A stretch of 64,000 bases of DNA from an uncultured Chloroflexia bacterium (GTDB lineage: Bacteria > Chloroflexota > Anaerolineae > CG2-30-64-16), in contig CAWEMM010000006.1 in assembly GCA_963810095.1 (NCBI GenBank), positions 384,001 to 448,000 of the forward strand, given 5' to 3'. Every line of letters starts with the position of its first letter. The first letter of the stretch is position 1. This document shows positions 61,555-64,000 of the stretch, one piece after another. The translations under genes and the position numbers were made by a program. The notes under the pieces were generated by a model. It searched no databases, was not told where the DNA came from, and saw only the letters and a list, made by a program, of their open reading frames with translations.

Positions 61555-61583
61555 TTGACATCCGCCGATTGCTGCGTTACCAT
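61555..61583 (+). promoter_or_regulatory. Sigma70-type promoter of surE
   Basis: TTGACA-17 nt-TACCAT. Confidence 0.75.
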
Positions 61584-61588
61584 TACTA

Positions 61589-61606
61589 TGTGAAACACAA
61601 TTCACA
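61589..61606. promoter_or_regulatory. Candidate repressor operator
   Basis: TGTGAA-N6-TTCACA palindrome at the predicted transcription start. Confidence 0.55.
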
Positions 61607-61636
61607 AAGTTGCACGAAGCCCGCCGATAGCCGCCG

Positions 61637-62479
61637 ATGACACACCCTCTTATCCTTCTCACGAACGACGACGGGATCGAATCGCCCGGGCTCGCCGCGG
61701 CCGCAGCCGCGCTCGCACCGCTTGGCGACCTCCTGATCGTCGCGCCCGCATTCCAGCAGACAAGCATGGGCCGCAGTCGCACGCAGCAGGGCGGGCTGGA
61801 CGGACGGCTCTTCGCGGCCACGATTCGCTTCGGAGACCAGGCGTGGTCGGGGACGGGCGCGTTTGCGACCCCGGCCCTGGCAGTGGAACACGCCTTGCAC
61901 GAGTTGGCGCCTCGGCCCGTAGACCTGGTTGTATCGGGGATCAATTACGGTGAAAACGTCAGCACCTGCGTGACGGTCTCCGGCACACTCGGGGCTGCGT
62001 TCGAAGCCGCAGAACGGGGCATTCCTGCCCTGGCCGTGTCGCTCGAAACCGGTGCGATGCAGTACTACGAGCATGACACGACGGTCGATTTCGCGCCCGC
62101 GGCGTCCTTCGCCCGGTTATTTGCGCAGCTTGTGCTCGCAGGGCTGCGTCGCGAGGACGCCCCGCTCGCAGGGGGCAAGCTGCCGCCCGACGTCGATGTG
62201 CTGAAGATCGACGTGCCGCGGTCGGCCACCACGGCGACGCCCTGGACGATCACGCGTCAGGACCGCATGTCGTATTACACGCCCTTGCGCCCGGCGCGCG
62301 CCGACCCGTTGGCCGGCCCCGGGCCCATTGTCATGCACGTGGCCAAGGGCTGCTACAGCGCCGAAGGGACGGACGCCTGGGCCCTGGCGCACGGCCTCGT
62401 CTCGGTGACGCCGCTCAGCCTGGATCTCACGTCGCGCGTCCCATCCGGCGCGCTCGCTGCGTTTCTCGCCGAGCGCTGA
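61637..62479 (+). CDS. surE: 5'/3'-nucleotidase SurE family
   Basis: ILLTNDDGI-x-SPG, VAP, VVSGINYGEN, SGT-x-GAA-x-EA, VSVTPL. Confidence 0.9.
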   Translation: MTHPLILLTNDDGIESPGLAAAAAALAPLGDLLIVAPAFQQTSMGRSRTQQGGLDGRLFAATIRFGDQAWSGTGAFATPALAVEHALHELAPRPVDLVVSGINYGENVSTCVTVSGTLGAAFEAAERGIPALAVSLETGAMQYYEHDTTVDFAPAASFARLFAQLVLAGLRREDAPLAGGKLPPDVDVLKIDVPRSATTATPWTITRQDRMSYYTPLRPARADPLAGPGPIVMHVAKGCYSAEGTDAWALAHGLVSVTPLSLDLTSRVPSGALAAFLAER

Positions 62480-62564
62480 CGCACGCATGCGGCCAAGCAG
62501 GCACGTGGCCGCGCACTGATCTCGCCCACCACTCACCCAATCGATGCAGGACAGGAGGACAATC

Positions 62565-63558
62565 ATGCCGGACCCCATGCGCTGGGCCATTCTCGGCACA
62601 GGCAAGATCGCCAAGCGTTTCGCAACCGCCCTCAATAACATCCCCGAGCGCGCGACCTTGCTCGCGGTGGGCTCGCGCGACCGGGCGACGGCGGATGCCT
62701 TCGCCAACACCTTCCATATCGAACGCCGGTATCAGGGATACGACCAGGTGGCGAATGATCCTGATGTGGACATCGTCTACGTGGGGACGCCCACCGTGTA
62801 CCACGAGCGCGACGTCACCATGTGCCTGGAAGCGGGAAAACATGTGCTGTGCGAGAAGGCCTTCACCATCAATGCCGGCGAGGCAGAACGGCTGGTGGCA
62901 AAGGCGCGCAGCACAAACCGCTTCCTGATGGAGGCGATGTGGACGCGCTTCTTCCCGGTCCATGTCTGCATCCGGGAAATGCTCGCCGCGGGCCGCATCG
63001 GCGAGGTTCACGGGGTCGTGATCAACTTCATCGCCAAGCCACCCTTCGACCTCAAGAACCGCTTCTTTGATCTCAACCTGGGCGCAGGCGTGCTGCTCGA
63101 CACGGGCTCGTACGGGATTTCCTGGGCCTACAGCCTGTTTGGGGTGCCTGAGCAGGTAACCGGGCTCGCCTACTTCGGCGAGTCGGGCGCCGACTACCGC
63201 TCCAGCGTGCTCATGAAGTTCCCGGCGGGCCAGCTGGCGACGATTACCTCCTGCCAGGTGTCGTATGACGTCAAGGAGGCGGTGATCTACGGGTCGAAGG
63301 GGAAGATCGAGATCCACGACCCCTGGTACAAGCCGTTCGCGATGACCGTCACTGAGGAAGGCACGGACGCCGGAGCGCATCGACATGCCGCTCGGGAAAT
63401 ACACGGGCTACGAGTACGAGGCTTCCGCGGTGATGGACTGCATCGCGGCGGGGCAGACCGAGTGCCGCGTCATGCCCCTCGACGAAACGCTCGCCATCAT
63501 GCGGACGCTCGACACCGTGCGCGCGCAGTGGGGGTTCAAGTACCCGTTCGAACGGTAG
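62565..63558 (+). CDS. Gfo/Idh/MocA family oxidoreductase; apparent frameshift near 63365
   Basis: WAILGTGKIA, VYVGTP, HVLCEKAF, MEAMWTRF, GVLLDTGSY. Confidence 0.92.
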
Positions 63559-63566
63559 TCCACGCG

Positions 63567-63597
63567 AGTTGGGCCAGCCTCTCGGCTGGCCCAACTG
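63567..63597. terminator. Hairpin between convergent genes
   Basis: agttgggccagcc / ggctggcccaact. Confidence 0.55.
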
Positions 63598-63624
63598 GGT
63601 TCGGGTGCGGTGCGATGGGGCGCC

Positions 63625-64000
63625 TTAGCGCTGACCGCGCACGTTTTCGTACAGGTTCCCCGTGTACGAGATGGCCTCGTCGGGCAGCAGCACCGGCGTG
63701 CCGCGGCTCTGCGCGAAGTGCACGATCTTGGCAATCTCCTCAACCTCGATCGCCATCTGCGTGGCGTGGGTCGCCGACTTGCCGATGGTAAACACGCCGT
63801 GGTTCTGCATGATGATCGCCTTGGCATGGCCGATCTTCCGCAGCATCTCCTCGCCAATCGCCTCACCGCCGATGGGGACATAGTCGCCCAACGGAATCTC
63901 GCCGCCGAGCATCGCGCTCGGCCGTCAGGCACGCGGGAATCGGCTCGCCCAAGACGGCGTAGATGCTGGCATAGGTCGAATGGGTGTGGACCATGCCCAT
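63625..64000 (-). CDS. Class II aldolase/adducin family (AraD/FucA-like), C-terminal part; apparent frameshift near 63920
   Basis: VHTHSTYASIY near the window end; IMQNHGVFTIG...VEEIAK. Confidence 0.85.

Overview
A GC-rich bacterial chromosomal window with about 55 protein-coding genes. I recognised no rRNA, tRNA, CRISPR array, integrase or transposase. Gene content suggests Chloroflexota, probably Anaerolineae (inference): an archaeal-type HMG-CoA synthase/thiolase/DUF35 cluster, Pro/Thr-rich secreted proteins, a C-terminal LFLPVIVR tail, a PTPS-related GT-C protein and a DUF2089/DUF4097/SHOCT operon. Identifiable blocks are a mevalonate-entry cluster, a ROK kinase, a DUF2089-DUF4097-GNAT-SHOCT operon, hrcA-grpE-dnaK with a perfect CIRCE, two secreted repeat proteins, cell-surface glycosylation genes, rsmD, menA, a degenerate pyrD/pyrK pair, two LysM proteins, GH13 and GH38 hydrolases, a cytochrome P450, a five-gene DUF2207 to SPFH operon, a PadR-ABC exporter and surE. 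About 20 frameshifts in otherwise intact genes look like long-read indel errors. The most notable signals are: (1) at least six distinct families of palindromic REP/MITE-like elements occupying many intergenic gaps, one of them inserted in frame (129 bp) inside the P450; (2) a CIRCE with two extra right arms, one containing the likely hrcA start codon; (3) a dihydroorotate dehydrogenase homologue that lacks the catalytic Cys loop but is still paired with an intact PyrK; (4) a methyltransferase-nucleotidyltransferase fusion; (5) the SPFH-HTH operon; (6) a candidate structured RNA at about 60.66-60.79 kb.
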